Assembly (NCBI GenBank): GCA_025935655.1
Contig: JAICUV010000001.1
Span: 1 to 46,741 of the forward strand
Origin: Chloroflexota bacterium
GTDB lineage: Bacteria > Chloroflexota > Limnocylindria > Limnocylindrales > CSP1-4
Reading direction: 5' to 3'
Length of the DNA stretch: 46,741 bases
The number at the start of each line of letters is the position of its first letter. The stretch's first letter is position 1. Of this stretch, positions 18,146 through 27,100 are shown in pieces. A program made the translations under genes and the position numbers. The notes below the pieces were generated by a model, which was not told where the DNA came from, did not search any database, and saw only the letters and a list, made by a program, of their open reading frames with translations.

Positions 18146-18372
18146 CTCTACGATTCCGCGCCGGGACGAACGAGTCGCCGGGCGGCGCGACCGTTCCGCG
18201 AGACGGGCTGCGGACGGAACGCACGAGTCGATCGAAGGGTCATCCGTTCCGCGACGGAACCGTAGGGTCGCTGCGCGACTAAGGCGTGGGGGTCGCCGCG
18301 CGACTCGGGCGTGAAGGTCGCTGCGGGAGGCGGGCGTGGCGTCGGCTCGACTCGGGTGAAGCGTCGCGCCGA
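18146..18372. repeat. degenerate tandem repeat / hairpin array (about 25-bp period) in a convergent intergenic spacer
   Basis: Consecutive units: gtcgcTgcgcgactAAggcgtgGGg (18267-18291), gtcgcCgcgcgactCGggcgtgAAg (18292-18316), gtcgctgcgggaggcgggcgtggc (18317-18340), gtcggctcgactcgggtgaagc (18341-18362). Upstream related units contain ccgttccgcga and GTTCCG/CGGAAC hairpins (18193-18218, 18245-18259). Each unit starts with a GTCGC-N3-GCGAC mini-palindrome. Confidence 0.6.
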
Positions 18373-20928
18373 CTACTCCCCGCGGACCGCGGACACGATC
18401 GAACGCTGCCCGGCAAGCCGCGCCGGCTGCGCGGCGGCGACCATCGCCAGGACGACGCCCAGGATGAGCGAGAACGCGATCGTGTCCCACGGCAGCTGGA
18501 CCCCGAGGTCCACCCGACCGCCCGCCGTCCCCACGAGCAGCACGCCGATCCCCACGCCGGCCGCCACGCCCACGAGCGCGCCGATCGCGCCCAGGATCCC
18601 CGCCTCCACCAGCACGGAGCGCCACACCTGGCGCCGGCTCATCCCCGCGGCGCGGAGCATGCCCAGCTCGCGGACGCGTTCCCAGGTATCCATCGAGAGG
18701 GTGTTGACGATGCCCAGCGCGGCGACGGCCACGGCCGCCAGGGCGAGCAGGTCGAGCAGGCCGAAGACGCGGTCGAGCGCATCGGCGACCGCTCCCTCGA
18801 CACGGGCGATCGGCGCCACCGTCAGCGCGAGCTGCCCCGCGAGCGCCGCGACGGCGGCACCGGCAATTGGGCGTTTGGCCGGGTCGTAGCGGACGGCGAT
18901 GGCGTCCGCGCCGCCGACCCCGAACCGGTCGAGCGCGTCGCGCCAGCCGACGAGCACGCTCTCGCCGGACCGGCCGGGGAACGATCGCTCCACGATGCCC
19001 GCGACGTGGAGGTCCACGAGCCCGGCCGCCGTCGCCACGGCGATCGTGTCCCCCAGGCCCACGCCCAGGCGCTCCGCCCGTGACCGCGGCAGGATGACCG
19101 CCCCGCCCGCGTCGATGGCCGCGAGGGCCGCCGCGCGGTCACCGGCCGAGAACACGAGCCGGCCGTCCGCCGCGAGATCGGCACCGCGGACCGCCGTCGC
19201 GTCGAGCCGGGTCCCCTGGAAGGCGAGGTCGAAGCTGGCGATGGGCGTCGCCCGCACGACCCCGTCGATCGCGGCGACCTCCTGGTCCACGCCGCCCTCG
19301 CCGACCGGCGCCGGGGCGATCGCCGTGAGGATCTCGTCGCCCGGGACCACCTCGTCCAGCCATGCCGTCGCGGTGACCCGCGCGTTCGCGGCGACCGAGC
19401 CGAGGGCCACGAGCATCGCGAGGCCGACGACCAGCGATCCCACGGTGACCGTCGTCCGCCCGCGGTCGCGGGCGATCGCGGCCCGCGCAAGCCGTTCCTC
19501 GAGCCGCAGCACGGCACCGAACGGGAGCCCGATGATCCGCCCCAGCGGACCGAGCAGCACCGGCGTCACGAGGACGGCGAACAGCAGGATCGCGTACACG
19601 GCGGCGGTCCGGAGGACCCCGCCCGCGGTCCCGCCGACGGGGAGGAGCACGACCGCAAGCAGCTCCACGGCCGCGATCACGGCGATGAGCCACGACGTGT
19701 GCGATCGGACCGAGGCGCCCGGGTCCCCCCGCACACGGAGGGCGGCGACGGGGCTGACGCCGGCGGCGCGGCGCGCCGGCTCGATCGCGGCGACCAGCGT
19801 CACGAGGAGCCCCGCGGCAAACCCCGTGACGAGCACGGCGGGCGTCAGGGCCGGGCCCTCGATGGAGACGGAGCCGGCGGCATGGAGCCAGCCCGCCGCG
19901 AGGACGGCGAGCACGGCGCCGAGGATCACCCCGCCGAGCGATCCCGCCGCACCGAGCACCAGCGCCTGGACGAGCACCACGCGGACGACCTGCGAACGAT
20001 CCGCGCCCGCGGCCCGGAGCAGCCCCAGCTCGCGGATCCGCTCGACGACCGTCATGGCGAGCGTGTTCAGGATCAGGAATGCCGCGGCGAACAGCGTGAT
20101 CGCCGCGAGGAGCGCCATCGTGGACCGGATGTCCGTGGTCGAGGCCCGGAGCGAGGCGGCCACGTCGCGCGGGGAGGAAAGGACGTAGGGCTCCGTGGTC
20201 AGCGCCTTCGTGAGCCCGGCCGTCACCTCGTCGACGGACGCACCCGCGGCGAGCACGAGGTCGATGCGGCTCAGGCCGCCCAGCGTCTCGAGGGTGGGGG
20301 CGGGCGCGTCGTCGCCCGTCGCGAGGGTCGCGGCCGTGAGCAGCGGGAGGACGACGGTCCGGCCGGACGAGCCGAGCTCGGGGCCGTCACCCGCGAGGAT
20401 GCCCACGACGCGGACCCGCAGCGGCGCGCCGGCGCCGAAGATCGAGAGCTCCTCACCGAGAGCCAGCGCCTCTGCCGCGGCCAGGCGTTGCGTGATGAGG
20501 GCGGCCGGCTCGTCGAGACCGGTGAGCGGCGCCCCGCTCGAGAGCGCGAGGTCGCGGACGCGCGGCTCGCTCGCCGGGTCGACGCCGAGCACCGTGACCG
20601 GCTCCCCGGTGGCGCTGACCCGACCGGGCTCCGCACCCAGGTAGGTGCGGCGCTCGATCGCCGGCGCGGCGAGGGCGACGCCCGGGACGGCGCTCACCGC
20701 GTCGAGCGACGACGCGGTCAGCCCCGTCTCGGCGAACGCGGCCACCCGCAGGTCGGCTCGGCCGACGAGCGAGGCGACCGTCCGGTCGATCGACGCGTCG
20801 AGGCCGGCGTTCACGGCGAGGGCCGCGACGAGCACCGCCACGCCGAGCGCGATGCCGAACGCCGTCAGCAGGCTCCGTGCCGGGCGCGCGACGACGCTGC
20901 GCCACGCGTACGGGACCAGGCCGCGCAC
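18373..20928 (-). CDS. ABC transporter permease, duplicated FtsX/MacB-type (about 10 TM, two extracytoplasmic domains)
   Basis: 851 aa. N- and C-terminal halves each carry the FtsX pattern (…RIRELGLLRAAGADRSQV… and …RVRELGMLRAAGMSRRQV…). Adjacent to a MacB/LolD-type ATPase. Confidence 0.85.
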   Translation of the reverse strand: MRGLVPYAWRSVVARPARSLLTAFGIALGVAVLVAALAVNAGLDASIDRTVASLVGRADLRVAAFAETGLTASSLDAVSAVPGVALAAPAIERRTYLGAEPGRVSATGEPVTVLGVDPASEPRVRDLALSSGAPLTGLDEPAALITQRLAAAEALALGEELSIFGAGAPLRVRVVGILAGDGPELGSSGRTVVLPLLTAATLATGDDAPAPTLETLGGLSRIDLVLAAGASVDEVTAGLTKALTTEPYVLSSPRDVAASLRASTTDIRSTMALLAAITLFAAAFLILNTLAMTVVERIRELGLLRAAGADRSQVVRVVLVQALVLGAAGSLGGVILGAVLAVLAAGWLHAAGSVSIEGPALTPAVLVTGFAAGLLVTLVAAIEPARRAAGVSPVAALRVRGDPGASVRSHTSWLIAVIAAVELLAVVLLPVGGTAGGVLRTAAVYAILLFAVLVTPVLLGPLGRIIGLPFGAVLRLEERLARAAIARDRGRTTVTVGSLVVGLAMLVALGSVAANARVTATAWLDEVVPGDEILTAIAPAPVGEGGVDQEVAAIDGVVRATPIASFDLAFQGTRLDATAVRGADLAADGRLVFSAGDRAAALAAIDAGGAVILPRSRAERLGVGLGDTIAVATAAGLVDLHVAGIVERSFPGRSGESVLVGWRDALDRFGVGGADAIAVRYDPAKRPIAGAAVAALAGQLALTVAPIARVEGAVADALDRVFGLLDLLALAAVAVAALGIVNTLSMDTWERVRELGMLRAAGMSRRQVWRSVLVEAGILGAIGALVGVAAGVGIGVLLVGTAGGRVDLGVQLPWDTIAFSLILGVVLAMVAAAQPARLAGQRSIVSAVRGE

Positions 20929-20940
20929 GGTCGCGGGCGC

Positions 20941-21765
20941 CTAGAGCCCGAGCTGGGCGAGGCGCGCGATGAGCGGGCCGGCGGCGTGGTCCTCGCGGCG
21001 GCCGAGGACGATCTCGTCGCGGATCCGCCCGTCGCCGACGACGAACACCCGGTCGGCGTACGCGGCCGCCTTCGCGTCGTGCGTCACGAGGACGATGGTC
21101 TGGCCCCGGTCCACGCAGGTGCGCCACAGCGCCTCGAGGATGTCGATGCCCGTCGTGAAGTCGAGGTTCCCGGTGGGCTCGTCCGCGAACAGGAGCGCGG
21201 GCCGGGTGACGATGGCGCGCGCGACCGCGACGCGCTGCTGCTCCCCGGCCGAGAGCTGGTCGGGGCGGTGACGCTCCTTGCCGGTGAGGTCCACCAGCTC
21301 GATGGCGTCCCGGACCCGCCCGGCGAGCTCGCCATGTCGCGGGTCGAGGCCCGCGATCGTGAACGGGAGCCCCACGTTCTCCACGACGTTGAGCAGCGGC
21401 ACGAGGTTGAACGACTGGAACACGAACCCCGTGCGCTCGCGGCGGAGTCGGGTCGCCTGGTCGTCGGACAGTCGGCTGATCGCCTCACCCTCCAGGAACA
21501 CGTCCCCGGCCGTGGGCCGGTCGAGCCCGCCGAGGAGCTGGAGGAGCGTGCTCTTGCCGGAGCCGGACGGGCCCATGAGCGCGACGAACTCGCCGGGGAG
21601 CACGGCCAGGCTCACGCCGCGGACGGCATCGACGATCTCGCCCGGCATCCGGTACTGCTTCGTGAGCGCGCGCGCCTCGAGAATCGGCGCGTCGGCGGGG
21701 GCGGACGGGGCTGCTGGCGCGGGCGCGGTCGACGAGTCGGGGGCGATGGGCGAGTCGATGGTCAT
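20941..21765 (-). CDS. ABC transporter ATP-binding protein (MacB/LolD type)
   Basis: Walker A GPSGSGKST, Q-loop, signature LSAGEQQRVAVARA, Walker B LLFADEPTGNLD, H-loop VLVTHD. Confidence 0.9.
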   Translation of the reverse strand: MTIDSPIAPDSSTAPAPAAPSAPADAPILEARALTKQYRMPGEIVDAVRGVSLAVLPGEFVALMGPSGSGKSTLLQLLGGLDRPTAGDVFLEGEAISRLSDDQATRLRRERTGFVFQSFNLVPLLNVVENVGLPFTIAGLDPRHGELAGRVRDAIELVDLTGKERHRPDQLSAGEQQRVAVARAIVTRPALLFADEPTGNLDFTTGIDILEALWRTCVDRGQTIVLVTHDAKAAAYADRVFVVGDGRIRDEIVLGRREDHAAGPLIARLAQLGL

Positions 21766-21863
21766 GGGGCTCGATGGCTCCGTGCGGCGGGCGCCGTCCC
21801 GGGCGGACGGGCACGGTCCGTACCCTAGCGGTGCGGTCTGGTGCGGTCAGGGACCCGATGGTC

Positions 21864-22784
21864 CTACCCGCCGAAGGCACCGCCCCCGAAGAACTGCGCC
21901 GTGATCGACTGGAGGATCGAGTCCACCAGCCCGAGCTCGGCCGGCGGGTCCGTGACCCGCAGCTGGCCGGGTGGCACGTCGGGCGCGCGGGGCGTCGGGC
22001 GCGGGGTGGGCGACGGGCTCGGCGTGGCCGCGAGGATCGGCGGCAGCGTCGGGATCGCCGTCGGCGACGGGCTCGGCGTGGCGGTCGGCGCCGCCGACGG
22101 CCTCGTCGTGGGCCTCGGGGTCGCGGCGGCCGGCTTCGGCTTCGCGGTCGGGCGGGGCGTCGCCCTGGGCCTGGCGGTCGGCTTCGGGGTGGGCCTGGGC
22201 GTGGGCTTCGGTGCGGAGCTGCTGCAGCGGTCCGCGAAGATCACCGTCCACATGAACGTGTCGCCGGATGCCTTGTACGCACCCACGCCGACCACGTCCC
22301 AGGCCGAGCCCATGATGTTCCTGCGGTGGCCGCTCGAGTTCATGAACTGCTCGAAGACCCACTTGGTGGCGTCTTCCTCGCTCGCGCCGGGCCACTTCAC
22401 GGTGCCGATGTTCTCGCCCGCGAGCTTGAAGCAGTAGCCGTACTTGTGCTCCATGTACCAGAACACGTTGCGGGTCGTGCCCTTGATCGTGTGGCTGAAG
22501 TAGTCGCGATCGATCATGTCCTTGCTCCGCCAGCGCGCGATCTTGCGGAGCGCCAGGTCCTGCTTGAGGGCCTTCCTTCCGCCGGACGCCCGCGCCTGGT
22601 TCTGGAGCGAGATGAGGAGCGTCTCGGACCCGGAGCTGAACGTGTTCGCGTCCCACCCGAGGGCGCCGCGCGGGATCGCCAGCACGCCCAGCGACGTGAC
22701 CAGGAGCGAGAGCACCACGAGCAGGGTGAGGCGGCGCGGATCGGCGACGGGGGCCAGGAGCCGCAGGGCAACGGTGCGGGTCAT
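21864..22784 (-). CDS. membrane-anchored/secreted CAP (SCP/PR-1-like) domain protein with Pro/Thr/Ala-rich C-terminal region
   Basis: ORF trimmed to the ATG at 22784 (MTRTVALRLL..., one N-terminal TM). CAP core ...RWRSKDMIDRDYFSH...GENIG...SSGHRRNIMG..WDVVGVGAY. Then about 100 aa of PKPTPRPTPKPTARP-type low complexity and a Gly-rich end (FFGGGAFGG). Confidence 0.8.
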   Translation of the reverse strand: MTRTVALRLLAPVADPRRLTLLVVLSLLVTSLGVLAIPRGALGWDANTFSSGSETLLISLQNQARASGGRKALKQDLALRKIARWRSKDMIDRDYFSHTIKGTTRNVFWYMEHKYGYCFKLAGENIGTVKWPGASEEDATKWVFEQFMNSSGHRRNIMGSAWDVVGVGAYKASGDTFMWTVIFADRCSSSAPKPTPRPTPKPTARPRATPRPTAKPKPAAATPRPTTRPSAAPTATPSPSPTAIPTLPPILAATPSPSPTPRPTPRAPDVPPGQLRVTDPPAELGLVDSILQSITAQFFGGGAFGG

Positions 22785-23063
22785 GGGGCGGTTCGGGTCT
22801 CGTGCAGGGCGCCGGCGGGCACCGGCTTCGGGGCCGATCCTGCCCGTGGTCCCCGGTCCCATCCCCGGCGCAATGGTCCCGACCGGACCCGCCCGCGGTA
22901 CCAGTCAGCGCACCGGAGGCATCCCGACCGCACCCGACCGCACCAGGCTGGGCAGCCGGCTGCCGCGGACCACGGGCATGCACTGGCGGCCACGGCGACA
23001 CCGCCGCCGCATCCGGTACACTCCGCTGGCCCTGCGCGGCGCGCGTGCGCCCCGGGCGGCCGC

Positions 23064-23140
23064 GGTGACCTTAGCTCAATAGGCAGAGCACTGGATTGTG
23101 GCTCCAGAGGTTATGGGTTCGAGCCCCATAGGTCACCCCA
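23064..23140 (+). tRNA. tRNA-His (anticodon GTG) with encoded G-1 and 3' CCA
   Basis: Manual cloverleaf. Acceptor stem is 8 bp: GGTGACCT/AGGTCACC (G-1:C73). D stem GCTC/GAGC. Anticodon stem CTGGA/TCCAG with loop TTGTGGC (GTG). T stem ATGGG/CCCAT with loop TTCGAGC. Terminal CCA. Confidence 0.95.
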
Positions 23141-23533
23141 ACTCCCCGATCGCCTGACCCGTTCGCGCCCGGAACGTCGCGCCCGCCACGCCCGCACGTG
23201 GAGCACGGCGCCAAGGGCGACGAGCGGGATGGACCACTGCGGGATCGTCCGTGCGAGGGCATCGGGCAGGAAGATGTCGGAGACGCGGCCGTCGTCGGCG
23301 CCGTAGCGCTCCGCCATCGGGGTCAGCGGACACGTGCCGCGGTTGGCCACGAACACCGCCGACTCGGCCGCGACCAGGCTCGCGGCCAGGGCCACGGATC
23401 GATCGCGTCGTCGGGCGAGGCCCGTCAGGACGAGCCACAGGATCGCCCACAGCTCCGCCACGAACACGCTCGAATGGACGACCCGCACGACGAACAGCGC
23501 GACCCTGCGGGGCGGGGGTGAGGATGCAGCCAC
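23111..23533 (-). CDS. small membrane protein, DUF2784-like (CPLT motif)
   Basis: 140 aa with about 4 hydrophobic helices and a central NRGTCPLTPMAE motif reminiscent of DUF2784 proteins. High GC3. The last 10 codons run antisense into the 3' end of tRNA-His. GTG start. Confidence 0.55.
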   Translation of the reverse strand: MAASSPPPRRVALFVVRVVHSSVFVAELWAILWLVLTGLARRRDRSVALAASLVAAESAVFVANRGTCPLTPMAERYGADDGRVSDIFLPDALARTIPQWSIPLVALGAVLHVRAWRARRSGRERVRRSGSWGDLWGSNP

Positions 23534-23921
23534 ACACGGAGTCTGCGGCAGTCCGCGCCCGCTGAGGATGGCGGTTCGGCACGAAGGGCGCGGGCCGGTC
23601 GGGCGCCTCAGCGCCGGCAGCCGCTGGCGCTCAGCGGGAGGAGCCGAGCCGCACCAGCGGAGCGGCCGGCCGTCCGCTCACGATGACCGGCGCAAGCGCC
23701 CCGGGTCGCCGCGCATCGTGCGTCGTGCCGCTCGCCGTCTCGGGGCGGACCTGCTCGACGACACGATCGACCGCCGATCGACGAGTCCGCCGCCAGAGGT
23801 CCAGGCGCATGGTTCCCATGGCGCGACGATGCCCGGACCCGCATCCGTCCCGCGACACAGCCCGTGCGCGGCCGCATCACAACGGCATCTCGAGCCAGAC
23901 CCGCAGACGACCCGCGACAAC

Positions 23922-23990
23922 ATGACCTTCGGTCACCCGTCGTGCATGACCAATTTCCCCTTGCCCGATGGTCAAGCCATGGTTGACCAT
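23922..23990. promoter_or_regulatory. cluster of TGACC/GGTCA inverted repeats in a lower-GC intergenic patch (candidate operator/promoter region)
   Basis: TGACC-ttc-GGTCA (23923-23935), a further ATGACC (23946-23951), and ATGGTCAA-gccatgg-TTGACCAT (23968-23990, 8-bp arms). Confidence 0.35.
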
Positions 23991-24139
23991 TCGAGGCGGG
24001 TTCGGAAGACTGCTCGAGGGCCACTGGCACTCCTGGCCGCGGGCAGCCGGTCGAACGGGCGCGTGACGGCGTCCCGACCATCCTGCGCACGCTCCGCCGA
24101 CGATCCCCTCCGGCGGCGGGGCGTGCGCGCCGCCCCTCG

Positions 24140-27100
24140 TCAGTGGGCCGCGGCCGCCCCCTCGTGCGACGTGCCGGACGGGCGACCCCCCACCCGACCC
24201 TCGAACAGCGCCGTCAGCGCGTCCACCGTGAGCTCCCGCGTGTCGGTCACGGTCCAGTCCGCGCTCCCGAGGTCCGCCCCCACGCCGACCGCGACCATCC
24301 GCGCGGCGCGGATCGCCTCGATTCCCGCCCGTGCGTCCTCGATCCCGACGCAGTCCTCGAACCGGACGCCGAGCTGCTCTGCCGCCGAGAGGAAGATCTC
24401 CGGATCCGGCTTGCCCTTGACGAGCGCCGCGGGATCGACGATCACGTCCACGAGCTCCCGGATCCCCAGCCGCTCCACCACGTCCCACACGTTGTGGCTC
24501 ATCGACGCGATCGCCGTCGGGATCCCGCGGGCCCGCAGGTCCGCCAGGAGCTCGCCGATCCCGGGCAGCAGGTCCGCGGGCGTGACCTGCTCGATGAGCT
24601 CCCGGAAGTAGGCGTTCTTGCGGTCCGCGAGCCGCACCTTGTCGGCGAGGCTCGCGGTCTGGCCGGCGTTGTCCAGGATGATCTGGAGGCTCTCCATGCG
24701 GCTCACACCCTTGAGCCGCTCGTTGAGCTCCCGGTCGAACGGCAGCGACACCTCGTCCGCCAGCCGCTGCCAGGCGCGGAAGTGGTGCTCCGCGGTGTCC
24801 GTGATGACGCCGTCGAGGTCGAACACCACGGCCTCCAGCCGCGGGCTCATCTCGAGCACCGCCGGCGTCCCCGGCGTCACCACCACCGCGCGCCCGAAGT
24901 GCCAGAGCTGGAGCGGTCCGCCGGCCTCGAGGACGTAGGTGGTCGTGTGCCGGGTCAGCGTGACGTGGAGCAGCGCGTCGCCCAGCCGCAGGCGGAAGGC
25001 GAGCCGCGTCCACGCCTCCGGCAGGCGTGGCGCGAACGACAGCCGCCCGTCGTCGTCGCGCAACCCGCCGAACCCCGACACGAGCGACACCCACGTGCCC
25101 GCCATCGCCGCGATGTGGACGCCGTGCGACACGTTGCCGTTGACGTCGTCGAGGTCCATCCGCGCCGTCTCGAGGAAGTAGCGGTACGCCGGCCCGTCGT
25201 ACCCGAGCTCGGCGGCGGCGACGCTCTGGATGCATGGCGACAACGACGAGTCGCCGGTCGTGATCGGGTCGTAGTAGTCGAAGTTGCGCTTCTTCTCGGC
25301 GGCCGAGAACTGGCTCGCCAGGAGCACCTGGGCGAGGACGATGTCCGACTGCTTGAGCACCTGGTGGCGGTAGATCACGAGCGGGTGGTAGTGGAGCAGC
25401 AACGGGTAGTGGTCGGGCGGCGTCCCGGCGAAGTCCCAGGGCGCCCGATCGAGGAACGAGTCGTCCTGGGCGTGGATGCCAAGCACCGGGTCACGCGCGA
25501 TGCGCATCGCGTCCGCGGCCCGCTGCCACTCCCCCACCTCGGTGACGTCGAGGCCGATGGCGGCGGTGAGCGCCGCCCATGCGTCGGGCGCCTCGATCGG
25601 CAGCTCGGTCGCGAGCTGCACGGCATAGCGCAGGTTCGCCTGCGCCATGAGGTTCGTGTAGCCGTTGTTGTTGACGAGCGCCGTGTACTCGTCCGGTCCC
25701 GTGACCTCGTTGATGCAGAACGCGCCGCCCTGCGCCGGGATGTAGTCGCCCAGGTCCGCCCACAGGCGGGCCGTCTCGAACACCACCTCCGCGCCGCCAT
25801 CGAGCAGCAGCGAGCGGTCACCGGTCGCGGTGACGTAGCGCCGGATGGCGTAGGCGATGTCGGCGTCGATGTGGTACTGGGCCGTGCTGGCCGGGTAGTA
25901 CGCGGACGCCTCCTCGCCGCCGATCGTCCGCCACGGGTACAGCGCCCCGCGCTGGCTGAGCTCGGCGGCGCGCGCACGCGCCTTGTCCAGCATCGAGCAG
26001 CGGTAGCGCAGCAGGGACCGGGCGATGTCCGGCTGGGTGTAGGCGAAGAACGGCAGCGCGAAGATCTCCGTGTCCCAGAAGTAGTGGCCCTCGTAGCCCT
26101 CGCCCGTGAGGCCCTTGGCGGCGAGGCTGGTCCGGCCGTCGCGCCCGGCCGACTGGAACAGGCTGAACAGGTTGAACCGGACGCCCTGCTGGAGCGCCCC
26201 GTCGCCGTCGAGCTCGACGTCGGACACCGCCCAGAATTGGTCGAGGACCGCGCGCTGGTCCTCCACCAGGGCCTCGAACCCGGCTCCCTGGACGGCGGCG
26301 ATCGCGTCGCGGGCCCGGGCGACGAGCGAGTCCTCCGGGTGGTCGAGCGAGGTGCAGTACGCGAGCAGCTTGGTCATGCCGATCGAGCCGCCGACCGGGA
26401 GGACCGCGTCGATCGTGAGCGCCACCCCCTCCTCGTCGGCCACCGACGAGGTCCGGAGCGTGCGCCGCACGGCGTCGTCGGCGTGCAGGACGTGCTCGGC
26501 GGCCGCCGCGAGCGCGAGCCGCGTGTTGCCCGTGCGCTGGACGACCGCGCCCCACGTCCCGGACGCCTCGCGGTGGATCGTGTGCAGCGCGCCGTCGGGG
26601 AGATGGGCGCCGACGCGCGGGTCGTCGGACGCCTCCTGGTTGCGGACCCGGGACTGGATGCGGGAGACGATCCGCAGGGGGGCGCCGCCGTCGAGCAGGG
26701 TCACCCGGAAGTCGATCGCCGCGATGCTCGGGCGGGACAGGGACACCAGCCGCCGGCTCGCCACCTCCACCAGGCTGCCGCCCGGCGCGCGCCAGCGCAC
26801 GGTCCGGGCGAGCACGCCCGTGCGCAGGTCGAGGTCGCGCTCGTACGCCTCCACTGTCCCGGTCGCGAGGTCCAGGGGCTCGTCGCCGACGAGCAGCTGG
26901 ATCCGCTTCCCGTCGGCGAGGTTGAGCAGCACCTGGTGGTTGCGGGCGTACCCGAACGCGGTCTCCCCGTACGCGATCGGCGTCTCCTCGTAGAAGCCGT
27001 TCACGTACGTCCCGTGGGCGACGTTGCCCGACTCCTCCTCCACGTTCCCGCGCAGCCCGAGGTGGCCGTTCGCGAGCGAGAAGATCGTCTCGTTCCTGGC

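Noticed and set aside
18146-18372. CRISPR array
   Set aside because: The repeats are contiguous and degenerate, with no unique spacers of comparable length. The units are only 22-25 bp, and no cas genes are present in the window.
23608-24090. 160-aa minus-strand ORF and the 23334-24611 plus-strand ORF in the 600-bp gap
   Set aside because: Both translations are dominated by Arg/Ser/Gly/Cys runs and cross the lower-GC inverted-repeat patch. Only the shorter 23631-23858(-) frame has protein-like composition, and even that is reported only as a hypothesis.
24118-24136. Hairpin GGGGCG-tgcgcgc-CGCCCC immediately after the GH65 fusion stop, considered as an intrinsic terminator
   Set aside because: The stem is only 6 bp and there is no U tract on the transcribed strand. 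It cannot be distinguished from chance GC-rich self-complementarity.
22785-24139. Possible integrative element or genomic island at tRNA-His
   Set aside because: There is no integrase, excisionase or phage/plasmid gene nearby. I could not find a direct repeat of the tRNA 3' end elsewhere in the window. Flanking genes are ordinary chromosomal functions with the same composition.
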